Assembly (NCBI GenBank): GCA_048128005.1
Contig: JBEUKZ010000031.1
Span: forward strand, 294,627 to 314,626
From: Veleropilina oligotropha
Lineage: Eukaryota
DNA: 20,000 nt
Reading direction: 5' to 3'
In this document: in pieces, positions 1-11,702 of the stretch
How the letters are laid out: every line of letters begins with the position of its first letter
Numbering within the stretch: the first letter of the stretch is position 1
Program-made: the position numbers and the translations under genes
Notes under the pieces: generated by a model
What the model saw: the letters and a program-made list of their open reading frames with translations, nothing else
Databases searched by the model: none
Told to the model about the DNA's origin: nothing

Positions 1-44
1 AATTCCCCCCCAAAAAAACCCCCCCCGCCCCCCCCAAAAAAAAA

Positions 45-187
45 ATTGAAAGCGCCATAACCACCGCCTTGGTACCCTTAGTTCACATGCGAAATTTGGT
101 GGAGATCGGTCCAGCCGTTTGGGAGCCTATAGGACACGCACACACACACACACAGACAGACAAACTCTCCACGATTATAGTATAGAT
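45..187 (+). mobile_element. End of a Lep1-like non-autonomous Helitron-associated element with (CA)n/(CAGA)n microsatellite
   Basis: AAATTTGGTGGAGATCGGTCCAGCCGTTTGGGAG, then (CA)n(CAGA)n, then the terminus ATTATAGTATAGAT. This layout resembles my recollection of Lep1-type ends. The left boundary is undefined. Confidence 0.5.
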
Positions 188-1391
188 AATAGTTATTTAT
201 TAATCCACATTTATTTGATATATAATAAGTGAGAAACAATGATATATATGAAGATTGAACTGTGATGTTTCCTTTTGCGCCATGTTTTACTCATAATGTG
301 CATTCCACTTTGTGATGTGATGATATTTCATTGCTACCAGTACTTTCTGTATGTTGTTCAATGACTTGTATGCAGAATCACGATGTGCCTATCTTTTGTT
401 CGTGGATCGTTTCGCTGAAGCTTGAACATCGCTGCATAATAATCTCTTGTGATCCATGTTCCTTCTGCTAATGTTTTTATTATGCATCAGTTTTATTTTC
501 TTGAAAGATGTGCATTCGTTTGTATCATCAAAATATTGATAATTTGAAGACCCTAGTGGAAAGTGCTTTAATAATTCACATTTTTGGAATATTGCATATT
601 TCTATGCTGAATGGTCAGATTATGTGTCCTTCACCTATAGAAACAATCTATGCCATAGAAAACTTGTTTAAGTCGTATATAATGCACAGTAACATGGAAA
701 CAACCTCTGTAATAAGGAAAAACAAATATTAAAATGACGATATCTCGAGAAGTATAAAATGTGACTTAGGCACTTTTTCCACTAGGCTCTTCAGTTAGTA
801 TTGAATGATTAATTGTTGCTTGCAAAAACACTTTGATAACACTGTATGAAAATAAATATAAATAAATAAATTTGCATGATATATTTTCAAAATATTAAAT
901 TTATATTCATAAAAGCAACTGCATTTGCAATTGAATCATATATCTTTATTAATATATTTGTATATTGAGTTGTCACGACTATATCAATGAATTTTAATAA
1001 TTACATTATGGGATATTACATGTATGTACGTATAATCTAAAATATGATCACGAAGTGTATAAGTAGTAATTTCCAATGTTTTGTATTATAGAATAATAAT
1101 ATATTTTTTGATAAAGAAGAAAAATGTTGCGTCACTGTTGCTGTTTCTGTGCTATTTATTTTCTTTTAACATTCTAATTTCTATGTTGTTCGCATTAATC
1201 ATATTATTATTTGTATATGCTTACTTTGATATTAAAAAGTTGAAAATCGAATACATATATTCATCTCATTTGATGTATGCCACCATATGCCAGTGTAGAA
1301 AGATTCTAAAATCATCCCAATCGAATGGTGTCTGTTTATAATAAGTAACTGTCAGCCTATGTTGGAAAGATATTCATGCAAATCTTATAAT

Positions 1392-1790
1392 TAGTTGAGC
1401 CGTTTATGGAGAAACTATTGTATTGAGGCTGTCTGTGTGGTGGACGGTGTATGTCCACGCTGACTTTATTATGGCTCAACTATGCTTCCTCTCGGATGCG
1501 CTTGTTATTATATGATTTGTAGACTGCATATAGGCTGGCAGCACCATATGTAGATTCTGGAGCTTGTTCTCAGCCTAGTTGGGAGCAGCCTGGAAGAAGC
1601 ATGAAATATATGAAATTTGGCACTGTTTGTGGGATCAGGAGCGTGCTCTGAGCCTATAAGCGAATTGTGCACTCGACAATAAGTGAGCAAATTGGCACTG
1701 CTTTGAATTTGCCTAGTCGGATGCAGCCGATAGAATATTCTATATCGGATAGAAGATTACGTCATTCTTACTTCACAAGCACATTGTGAA
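1392..1790. mobile_element. Candidate HINE/Helentron-like non-autonomous element upstream of the minisatellite
   Basis: 10-bp inverted repeat TAGTTGAGCC (1392-1401) / GGCTCAACTA (1473-1482); small hairpins GTGGAC-N7-GTCCAC (1440-1458) and TTCACAA-GCACA-TTGTGAA (1772-1790). Boundaries uncertain. Confidence 0.3.
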
Positions 1791-1817
1791 ACAGGTCTTG
1801 AAGTCATTTTTGGCCGA

Positions 1818-2414
1818 CCGTTAGCCAGGTCTATAGTCGTGGATTGGAGTTGATGGCCCACCATTAGCCATGTCTCTAGTCGTTGATTGGCATTGATCGC
1901 CCACCGTTAGCCAGGTCTCGAGTCGTGGTTTGGCGTTGATGGCCCACTGTTAGCCAGGTCTATAGTCGTGGATTGGAGTTGATGGCCCACCATTAGCCAT
2001 GTCTCTAGTCGTTGATTGGCATTGATCGCCCACCGTTAGCCAGGTCTCGAGTCGTGGTTTGGCGTTGATGGCCCACTGTTAGCCAGGTCTATAGTCGTGG
2101 ATTGGCACTGATCGCCCACTGTTAGCCAGGTCTAGAGTCGTGGATTGGCGTTGATGGCCCACCGTTAGCCAGGTCTCCAGTCGTGGATTGGCGTTGATGG
2201 CCCACTGTTAGCCAGGTCTAGTCGTGGATTGGCGTTAATCGCCCAATGTTAGCCAGGTCTATAGTCGTGGATTGGCGTTGATGGCCCACCGTTAGCCAGG
2301 TCTCCAGTCGTGGATTGGCATTGATGGCCCACTGTTAGCCAGGTCTATAGTCGTGGATTGACGTTGATCGCCCACCGTTAGCCAGGTCTAGAGTCGTGGA
2401 TTTGCGTTGATCGC
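1818..2414. repeat. 43-bp minisatellite, about 14 units
   Basis: Unit approximately CCGTTAGCCAGGTCTATAGTCGTGGATTGGCGTTGATGGCCCA. TTAGCC recurs at 1821, 1864, 1907 and 1950 (period 43). One unit near 2220 lacks 2 bp. Confidence 0.97.
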
Positions 2415-3060
2415 AGACTGCTTTGTCACAAATAAAACGAACCGCCGAATCCATTCCTATCATATGTGGCATACATCTTGTATATCATCAGGCCTTGCAC
2501 TTGTGCAAAGATTGTGTGAGAGGTCATGGTATTTACTTTCTGTCACAGTTGTTTTTTATGTCACATTGCTTTGTTCCCAATTAAGACGACAGAACGATAC
2601 CGCAGTATAATGCGCCAAAGACAGAAAAAGCTAGACAGTATTGGTAGGATTAAATTAACCACCAAGTGTGAAGCTCCTATAATGCATAGAAAACTGAATT
2701 ATCTTTCAAAGTTGTCTAGATAATATTGTTGTTAGTGCAGGTTGTGTAATTTCATGGAAGGTCGCTTTACATTTTCTAAAAGCTTCTGAAGACCGTAGTT
2801 GTAAATAATTGAAAAAACACAAACATTCAAGATGCGGATACGGTATAATTTGTCGACTTCTAATCTGTATTATCTCGCAAGTATTAAGCTTCCAAAACGA
2901 CGATATGAACATTATACGAGAAAGTATTTGGGACACGGACGATCTAATACAAAACTACCATGAGCTGATTTTTGTCTGAACCATAAGTTGTCTTGCGAAT
3001 GTGGCAACCTGCACTAACATCAAACTGTTATTGTGCCATCCATAATCGGCGTCCTGCTGA

Positions 3061-3238
3061 AGACCACATTTAGAATACGCACTGCAAATCATGTAGGCCA
3101 TATCTTTCAAAGGATATATAGAGCCAGTTCAAAGAAGAGCTAAAAAATTGATAGGCTAATTCAGAGATTTACCATACGAGGATAGACATTATATTTGAGA
3201 ATAGGAGATACGATTCCGATATTCAGAATGTTGACAGT
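3061..3238 (+). pseudogene. Old degenerate CR1-type LINE, fragment 1 (ORF2 C-terminal region)
   Basis: AGACCACATTTAGAATACGCACTGCAA...GTTCAAAGAAGAGC...GAGGATAGAC aligns by eye to about 4404-4615 of the younger copy, with indels and stops. Confidence 0.85.
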
Positions 3239-4935
3239 AAAATACCACATTGCATCTGTCTATATGTTGGAGGATACGGTAAACATGCCACCAGAAAAAC
3301 ATATCTTTCGAGAAAAGGAAAACTTTTGTGAAAATATTGAGATTACGACTGAAATGGTTGAAAAAAAGATAAACATACTAAATGTTAGTAAAGCTCCAAG
3401 TCCGGACTATATATATCCCAAATTGGTGAAAGCCGGTAAGGAAGAATTAGTAAAGCCATTAACCATGATATTCAATAAATCATTAATAGAAGGAAGTATG
3501 CCTGATGACTGGAAAATTGGTAATATTACCCCAATCATTAAGAAGGGAAGTAGGTCAAACACCCAAAATTATCGACCTATTAGTCTGACATCAATAGTAG
3601 GCAACATCATGGAATCTATCTTAAAGGATGCTATCTTACAACACATTAATAAATTTGACTTGCTAAACCTTAGTCAGCATGGATTTATGGCGAAACGGTC
3701 TTGTTTAACCAACTTACTGGAATTTTTTGAAGATGTAACAACTGCCATAGATACGGGCAAACCGGTTGATATAATATATCTTGATTTTCAAAAGGCATTC
3801 GACAAAGTACCACATAAACGGCTGATACAAAAATTAAGTAACCAAGGTCTGAAAGGTCCAATATTAAACTGGATAAGGATGTGGCTAGAAAATAGAAAAC
3901 AGAGCGTTGTAATAAATGGGATCAAGGCAAAGTGGGAGCCGGTACTAAGTGGAATCCCACAAGGTTCTGTTTTGGGCCCATTGCTGTTTCTTATATATTT
4001 AAATGACATTGATGACGTCATTACGTCTCTTGTAAAAAAGTTTGCAGACGATACCAAATTGTACAGAATTGTTGAAACTGAAGAAGATGCAAAAACACTT
4101 CAAAGTGATTTAAACAATCTGGTGAAATGGTCAGAGGATTGGCAAATGCTTTTTAACACCAGTAAATGCAATGTATTGCATGCGGGTTATAACAACAAAA
4201 CATTCAATTATAAAATGGGTTCAGATACCTTAGAAGTAGTAACAAAAGAGAAAGATTTGGGTTTATGGGTAGACAAGACGTTTAAACCATCAAATCAATG
4301 TGCAGAATCAGATAAAAAGGGAAATCAAATATTGGGAATGATAAAGAGAAACTTTAATTTTAAATCCAGAGTCATCATAACACGCTTATACAAGCAAATG
4401 GTTAGACCGCAATTAGAATATGCAGTGCAAGCATGGAGCCCATATCTTGCAAAGGATATCAAAATTCTTGAACAAGTTCAAAGAAGAGCCACAAAATTGA
4501 TAGGCGAATTGAGAGAATTACCTTATGAGGATAGACTAAGAGCACTTAACCTCACAACATCGTCTTTGAGAAGGACACGGGGGGATATGATTCAGGTATT
4601 TAAAATGTTTACAGGAATTGACAATGTTGACAGTACTTTCTTTTTTCAGATGAACCAAAAGACCTACCAGGGGCCATAAATACAAAGTTTACAAAAAAAG
4701 ATTCCGACTAGACGTTTGAAAACACTTTTTCTCAAATCGGGTTGTCGATGAATGGAACAGTCTTCCTAGTAATGTAGTAGAATCAACATCTGTAAACCAA
4801 TTTAAAAACCGCATAGATGATTATTTTAAGAAACAGGGCAGGCTATAGATGACCGGAAACGACAATGGGTTTTAATATGAGTGGCAGTAATGCACTTCCT
4901 AAACCCAAATAAATTCTATTTAAATCTATTTAAAT
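3239..4935 (+). mobile_element. 5'-truncated CR1-type non-LTR retrotransposon (younger copy)
   Basis: RT-bearing ORF2 segment, short 3' UTR and repetitive tail TTCTATTTAAATCTATTTAAAT (about 4914-4935). No ORF1 or APE endonuclease domain. Confidence 0.93.
3240..4848 (+). pseudogene. CR1-type reverse transcriptase ORF2, truncated and frameshifted
   Basis: Motifs NYRPISLTS, QHGF, YLDFQKAFDKV, GIPQGSVLGPLLF, FADD, RPQLEYA and QRRATK. After a frameshift near 4640-4670 it continues TRGHKYK...RLDV*KHFFSNRVVDEWNSLP...KQGRL* with TAG at 4846-4848. Confidence 0.93.
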
Positions 4936-5072
4936 GATTATAGTATTTACTTTTCCAGTTGAATCAAGACTACATCAGGGGGCATATAAACTTAACCAAA
5001 AAATAAGACTAGGCGCTAGAAAACACCTTTTTTCAAATAAGATTGTAAATGACGATGATGAATTACCAACTA
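4936..5072 (+). pseudogene. Old degenerate CR1-type LINE, fragment 2
   Basis: TTTTCCAGTTGAATCAAGAC...GACTAGGCGCTAGAAAACACCTTTTTTCAAAT aligns to about 4627-4771 of the younger copy, continuing where fragment 1 stops. Confidence 0.75.
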
Positions 5073-5200
5073 TATTTCAGTTATAAATAGAGTCTATCAA
5101 TTTTAAATGATGAAATTAATTATTGCTTTGTGCACTCGGCACCCTGGGTTTGATCCCAATACAAGACCTTCCGTTTGTACACTCAACTTAATTGTATATA

Positions 5201-5895
5201 CCCCGTAAAGCTTCTAATAGTAGCCGGGTCTCTAATAGACTCCGGCCTCTACTAGACGCCAGGGGTATGGGTGTATTGAAATTAATAAACGCCGGGTCAG
5301 TCAGAGATGTTCTGATGCAAAAAAACAGGCACGCCCAAAAATAAAAGCATACTTTGTTCACGTGCTTAGTCTGGGTGATGTCAGGACGACCCCGCGTGCT
5401 GTCTGGCGACTTATTTCATGAATGTAAAGGAGGAGGAATTATGCTTAATGTCCTGTATGTTTATAACATCGAGGTTCAAGGCAGGACATGTCCGTGTTAT
5501 CGCGGGAGGTTACCCCGGTCGCCGGGTAAACCCGTCCTCTTCGGCCAGTCACGGACAACTGTGCTTCATAACTTGAACAAATGTGTACTGTTCGCGTTAG
5601 CAGAAACAAGCCAGTGAATTTAGAGTGGACACGCTACCTACTGCGCTACCGAAGCGGCACATGAATGTAAAGAACAAGTAAGTATATTTGGACTTTTGAA
5701 AGCAGCATTCGAGGATTCCATGTTTACAAGTAGACCTGGACACCACGTGAAGGTGTATGGAAGTTCTAAGTACAGAAATGGTCAATGAAATTAATTAACG
5801 CTGGGCCTCGAATAAACGCCAGCCTCTAATAGACGCCGAGTCTACGAGTTACCTGAAATCATTTAACGCCCGGGCGTCTATTAGAAGCTTTATGA
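5201..5895. mobile_element. Tc1/mariner (Tc2/pogo-like) MITE
   Basis: Terminal inverted repeats CCGTAAAGCTTCTAATAG (5203-5220) / CTATTAGAAGCTTTATGA (5878-5895), TA on both sides, and repeated subterminal TAATA(G/A)ACGCC motifs. Confidence 0.75.
5430..5659 (-). mobile_element. tRNA-derived SINE (Meta/V-domain-like) lacking its B-box
   Basis: Reverse complement of the SINE at 13773-14030. Flanked by a 13-bp TSD CATGAATGTAAAG (5417-5429 and 5660-5672). A 28-bp deletion removes the B-box. Confidence 0.88.
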
Positions 5896-5902
5896 TAATT
5901 GG

Positions 5903-6800
5903 AATTAATCCATTTTGACCTAGTTTTCTTTTGTTATAACTGGACATTATTCTACACGAATCCACTGCTACAAAATCATTGTGTCTGCTTAAAAGACCAA
6001 TTAAACAAGCGTTATGTGCATTAATTCCATGCTATGGACGATTCCATTCCAGAAAATGAGGAAAGCATGTTTAACGCAGTATATAATCCAAAGAGGTAGA
6101 TTTATCTGCGGACGAGTCCATTCTAGTACACGTGGACACTGAAAAGAAAATATTAATTATTTTAACGCATAGACAACACTTTTGCACTGACAACAAACTT
6201 CAAGCACATTAAATTCGTTACCCAAATGAAGAAAATGTAATACACGTTAAACGTTCAGAAGAATCTGGCAATACTCCATATAATGTTGTTGTTCATATGA
6301 ACGATGTTCCATTGCTTTACTTTGAAACGAACACCGAGAGCTATTTAAATATTATATCACAGAAATGTCGTTAAAATACAACATATATTTGCAATATTAT
6401 ACTATACCTGATGCCAAGTGTAGCGTGCTTTGAAATGTACAACATCGTGACGCAAAAATATTTCGCCCTGCATGCCGGTATAATTGCACTTAACGAGCAC
6501 ATTAAACGTCTATTCATAAAGATGATTCTATTTAATTAGACCGATGTCCGACAGGGGATTCCGGAGATAAACATCATATCCTATTCACGTCAAATGTATA
6601 TATTTGAGTAATTTGACGATGTAATTTAATATTAATAGACTAGTATTGTCTAAACACATAACACAGTTTATTTTGGCTAAGATGGATTAAATAAGTTAAC
6701 CAACTTGGAACTGAGCATTCGTGAAAAATAATGCACTCGGGCCTGTCGGCCCTCGTGCATTATTTCTCACGAATGCTCAGTTCCACGTTGGTTAACCTAT
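5903..6800 (-). mobile_element. Non-coding element with a terminal long hairpin (element B)
   Basis: 102-nt hairpin at 6695-6796. The adjacent 6675-6690 is a 13/16 inverted match to 5905-5920 at the far end. Confidence 0.6.
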
Positions 6801-6807
6801 ATGTAAC

Positions 6808-6963
6808 TACCAACTAATGCAGTAGAATCGACGACTGTAAACCAATTTAAAAGTCGCATAGATTAGCACGTTAGATGACAGAACAGGTTGTAGCTGACAA
6901 GGCAACTGCAATGGGTTTTAAGTGAGTATCAGAAATGCACAATTTATATTGAAATCTATTTAA
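6808..6963 (+). pseudogene. Old degenerate CR1-type LINE, fragment 3 (ORF end, 3' UTR, tail)
   Basis: AATGCAGTAGAATC...CTGTAAACCAATTTAAAA...CGCATAGAT...CAATGGGTTTTAA...AATGCAC...AAATCTATTTAA aligns to about 4770-4933. Confidence 0.85.
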
Positions 6964-7947
6964 GTTGAAACTGTATCACGCATGATCACCGTTGTGACAA
7001 CTGCAGTCAAGAAAGGAAGCTAGAGACAAATTCCATCAAAATGATTTCTTTGTGAGAACACTGTAATGCAATGATGGACCCAACTGAATATATAAAAGAA
7101 GAATAATTACGAATGGTTTATGACAATGAAATGATATGAATTATTTATTTGTTCCTGACCTCGTGCAATCTCAAATTTAATAAATCTTGAAACACGTCTT
7201 TAGACCACCACTCATCTAAATAACAATAATCTTTAGGTATGCCTATTTAAATGAAGAAAATCTTATGTGTGAAATGAAATTCACACCATAATACTATATC
7301 AAGTCTTTTTGTGCTCGCATACCGTGAAAATTGTGTGGTCAAATCTTGTACACAATAAGAAACGCGTGCCATTTTATCTCACATATTAACGATTTATAAC
7401 TACTAAAGCATATTAGTAACATATTATTTTGAGGCACCGTAAAAAGTGTGTGCATATAAGGTCTTATAAAAGGTGGTAATATCGACTTACTTCCAAAACT
7501 TGCGTAAGTTAATCTAAGAGGTTTGTTTGGCTTTATAACATAATAATGAAGTTCCGTTAAATTTCCACAGATGACTTCCACAATGTGTATTTTATGCGAT
7601 TAATCAGGTAGCGAAACCTGGTGTATTATCCAGATGTCTTCATTAACGATCGAATTAAGTTATTTAACAGATCACTTACTAAAACAAAAGACTGAATAAT
7701 ATAAAAAAAACATTTAAAGGTCATTTGAAAATATTGAAACATTTATGTTCTTGTTTTTCGATGTTGGCGGTTTCTATGAATTCATTACTCAGTCCAATAA
7801 TGATATTTTAAAACCTCATTTAATATTCGTGCATATTGCTTATAATAGCTAAGTAGGTGCGTCTTTGCTGAACCATGAAGTACAACTAATTGGATAATGA
7901 ATTGGAATTTATGTGATGAGCGACGCTGAAATGAAAGTTTATAATCG

Positions 7948-8842
7948 ATAAAGAGGGGATCTCACATGAGTGGTCATTTAATATCACATTTATGAAACGA
8001 GTTAACTAATTTTCATATATTCCGAGGTTTCACCGAGGAAAATATGAAAATTAGTTAACGAGTTTCATAAATGTGATATTAAATGACCACGAATGTGATA
8101 TTCTTTTCATCATATATATGAAAGCTATAAGGAAACAAGCTGTACAACGTTGCTTTTAATTTTCTTGACCCTTCTAACATACCACAATTATGGGGCGTAG
8201 GTGAAATATATAAATGTGACAGTGGGATTGGGTGTGAAAAATAATCCCGTTTTTATCCACTCTATGAACTGTAAAGCGCAACAAATGCTGTTATGAATAG
8301 AACAAATGTCGCTTTATCAATATTATACTAATCCAACAAGCTTTATTCAAAGAACATGAAATGCGTGTCGCGCGTGACTAATGTATGACGATTTCGCTTT
8401 ATCGTATAAGAGGTCGGCACAATTTGTCGTCTGCTGTCGACGAAGGTACGTTTGCTTACATATAAAGCATCAGAACAATTACAAAATGGTCGGCTTGTAT
8501 ATGTTAACAATAATAAACACGTTTCCAGAATAATTTTGTATAAATGCAACGTTAATATGTTAATTTCGATCTAAAACAAGTTCGAATCGACCCCAATATG
8601 GCGGTATAATGACTGGAATGTACATCAAAGAGATTGCATAGCAGAAACTAAATTGCAAACTTGGCCTACTACGTTGTATTTTGTATGCTATAACTATCGA
8701 AAGTTAAACGATCTTACCTGGATGGCTGCATTTAATATTTCAACTAAATATTGGTCGTTAGTTGCAGTATTTTCCCTTGACCGTGGCCATGGTTTTCTGA
8801 TCGATTAAATCGCATATCGCGGAAATCGCATGATAGAATATA
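7948..8842 (+). mobile_element. Non-coding element with a terminal long hairpin (element A)
   Basis: 137-nt hairpin at 7962-8098. The following ATATTCTTTTCATCAT is an imperfect inverted match to ATGATAGAATAT at about 8830-8841. The far boundary is tentative. Confidence 0.6.
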
Positions 8843-9737
8843 GTCCGATACACTGTAAATGACCTTGTATGATCCGCTCTGTCATTGGATGTTATTCTGT
8901 TTCATTGATAAAATTGTCCAGTCAAAATTACAAGAAAGTCGATATTACACACTTAAAGTATGTAATATCGTTTTTATTAAACACTGGTGCTATGTAAAAT
9001 GACCCGGATATATGATAAAAGACATTCTCTATGGATATTTTGATTTGGGCGTGGGCTATTGTCCCATGTAACACAAGCATGATTACATCGGGAATGTCCA
9101 TATTAATATGGAAGTATACAATGTCCAAAATATTCTATAAAACTCGCCAGTTAAATGTATGCGCAATTTTCAAGTTTAAATTTAGAAGTCCAATGGTCCA
9201 GGTTACTGTAAAAGGGGGACGCCTCACATATACAACGATATTCCGAGGAAAAACCATCTTGCAAACTTCCCGTACGGCTCTACCGGTGATGTGGCGTTTT
9301 TTTAGACAGACAGCTATTGCACATCATTGTTCTCAACAATATAATATATGATTAATAAGTAATATTAATTGTTGAAACCAATTAGCCACCGCCACGAACA
9401 ATTGTCAATGTAAAAGTAATCTGGAATAAATAATGCATATATATTACTTAAGCTTAATTCATTTTGCTGTTCATTTGATAATACATCGATGAGAAGAGTT
9501 TATCTCATTATATTCTCCTCATTCTTTGCACTTTATTTCTTATTTGTTGTTAATTTTACCATAATGTCCTTAGAAAGTGGTTATTTATCCATTCTCGACC
9601 GTGCAAGCAGGATTTAAAGCTTTTCTGTAACCTCGATAGGGAAGTTTAACTTTCGGTAAATAAAATGCCGATCAGCCAGAAAGAATTACTTAGAATCATT
9701 TTCTTTCTTCATTTTGCCTTTTCAAATTCATAGTTGA

Positions 9738-9990
9738 CAAACATATGGAAACATGTATAACAGGAACCGATTGTTTGACGATAAACGGATGGACAGCTGT
9801 GTCATCGGCATTCATATGGACATTGCGCTTGTTGAAAAATGCGCCTTCATCTGCCCAAACCAAACTCTCTGTCGGTCCTATTTCTACAACCAAGGTCAGA
9901 AAAGGTGTCAACTACAAAGACATGCATTTACGAAAGTCAATAACTCTATATCCAGCCTGGGAGACAAATATTATATCAGCGACAAAGATA
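9738..9990 (+). pseudogene. PAN/Apple-like domain exon of a PAN + C-type lectin gene
   Basis: Translation includes CAFIC-PNQTL-CRSYFYN-QGQKR-CQL (PAN-type cysteine spacing) and GDKYY. Ends at a strong phase-1 donor A|GTAAGT (9990/9991). An in-frame TGA lies at 9735-9737. Confidence 0.8.
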
Positions 9991-10387
9991 GTAAGTATTA
10001 AAAACGAAGAAGTATAGGCATATATATACACGTATATAAGTGTACCCATAACTTCAGTTCAACTTATACTGACGGAGATAAAATAAAGATTGAAGAATTC
10101 ATTTGAATAATGATCGGAGTCCAAAATTATGAAATGTAATTTCTGATAGTTTTGAAAACGATGTCCTCATTTGGATGACATATATTTTAACATACGATAG
10201 TTATTGGTTAACTATTGACGGGGGAAAATAAAGCCATCGTAAAGTGAAACATAATACACGTATATACAGTCTTTGACTTCAAATTGGTGGATTTCATAAT
10301 TGTCGTATAATTCCAATTGTAATCTTTGATATTCCATAAATTTATGATATGTTCATCTAAGGCGTGTCATATATTATGTTCGTTCAG

Positions 10388-10543
10388 GGGGGAGCTATAT
10401 AGACCAATATTTCTGTGTACACTAATCCACCAGCTCGTGGGACAACGCAAATAAAGTGTGCGAAGACGAAGGTGGACATCTGTCCATCTTAGATACTGAT
10501 AAAAAGAAATCTGATGTGCAATTTCTTCTAGAAACAGACACGG
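10388..10543 (+). pseudogene. C-type lectin domain N-terminal exon with in-frame stop
   Basis: Acceptor TTCGTTCAG| in phase 1, matching the upstream donor. Reads GSYIDQYFCVH*STSSWDNANKVCEDEGGHLSILDTDKKKSDVQFLLETDT (W..A...C...GGHL motif), then donor G|GTAAG. TAA at 10423-10425. Confidence 0.8.
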
Positions 10544-10728
10544 GTAAGAAATGCCGATACTTCATGATATAATTTTTCAAATATATTGCTGACATAAGGG
10601 AATCTGATGTTAAAATAATTAAGTAGCATCCAACAGAGGTTATTGTTCTTTAGCTGCAAAAGTGTTCTTAATAAAGAATTGAAATTGTTACATTAGTATA
10701 GACCGTCTCCAATCCTCAATTTTCCGGC

Positions 10729-10922
<194 letters not shown>

Positions 10923-10949
10923 AACGCCATAGCTGTCTTATGTCATGTT

Positions 10950-11702
10950 TTATCATTATACGTGGTCCATAATTCATTATACGTGGTGCTTTTGACATTA
11001 TACGTGGTGCTTTTGTCATTATACGTGGTGCTTTTGCCATTATACGTGGTGCTTTTGTCATTATACGTGGTGCTTTTGTCATTATACGTGGTGCTTTTAT
11101 CATTATACGTGGTGCATGTGTCATTATACGTGGTGCATTTGTCATTATACGTGGTGCTTTTGCCATTATACGTGGTGCTTTCGTCATTATACGTGGTGCT
11201 TTTGTCATTATACGTGGTGCATTTGTCATTATACGTGGTGCTTTTGCCATTATACGTGGTGCTTTTGTCATTATACGTGGTGCTTTTGTCATTATACGTG
11301 GTGCTTTTATCATTATACGTGGTGCATTTGTCATTATACGTGGTGCTTTTGCCATTATACGTGGTGCTTTTGTCATTATACGTGGTGCTTTTGTCATTAT
11401 ACGTGGTGCTTTTATCATTATACGTGGTGCATTTGTCATTATACGTGGTGCTTTTGCCATTATACGTGGTGCTTTTTCATTATACGTGGTGCTTTTGTCA
11501 TTATACGTGGTGCTTTTATCATTATACGTGGTGCATTTGTCATTATACGTGGTGCATTTGTCATTATACGTGGTGCTTGTGCCATTATACGTGGTGCTTT
11601 CGTCATTATACGTGGTGCTTTTGTCATTATACGTGGTGCATTTGTCATTATACGTGGTGCTTTTATCATTATACGTGGTGCTTATGTCATTATACGTGTT
11701 GC
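10950..11702. repeat. 21-bp minisatellite, 36 units
   Basis: Unit CATTATACGTGGTGCTTTTGT. First CATTAT at 10954, last at 11688; one unit is 1 bp short. Confidence 0.98.

Noticed and set aside
200..1341. ORFs 508-732 and 1081-1341, and a faint retroelement-like trace on the minus strand
   Set aside because: AT-rich sequence with no domain motifs or splice support; the similarity is too weak to call.
1818..2414. CRISPR-like array
   Set aside because: Contiguous tandem units with no unique spacers, no cas genes, and eukaryotic context. The same applies to the 21-bp arrays.
3195..3239. Start of the 494-aa RT ORF
   Set aside because: Non-ATG start lying in the old CR1 fragment; the young copy is 5'-truncated.
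5354..5617. Similar ORFs at 5354-5617 and 13814-14032 suggesting a gene pair
   Set aside because: Both are antisense readings of the same SINE family.
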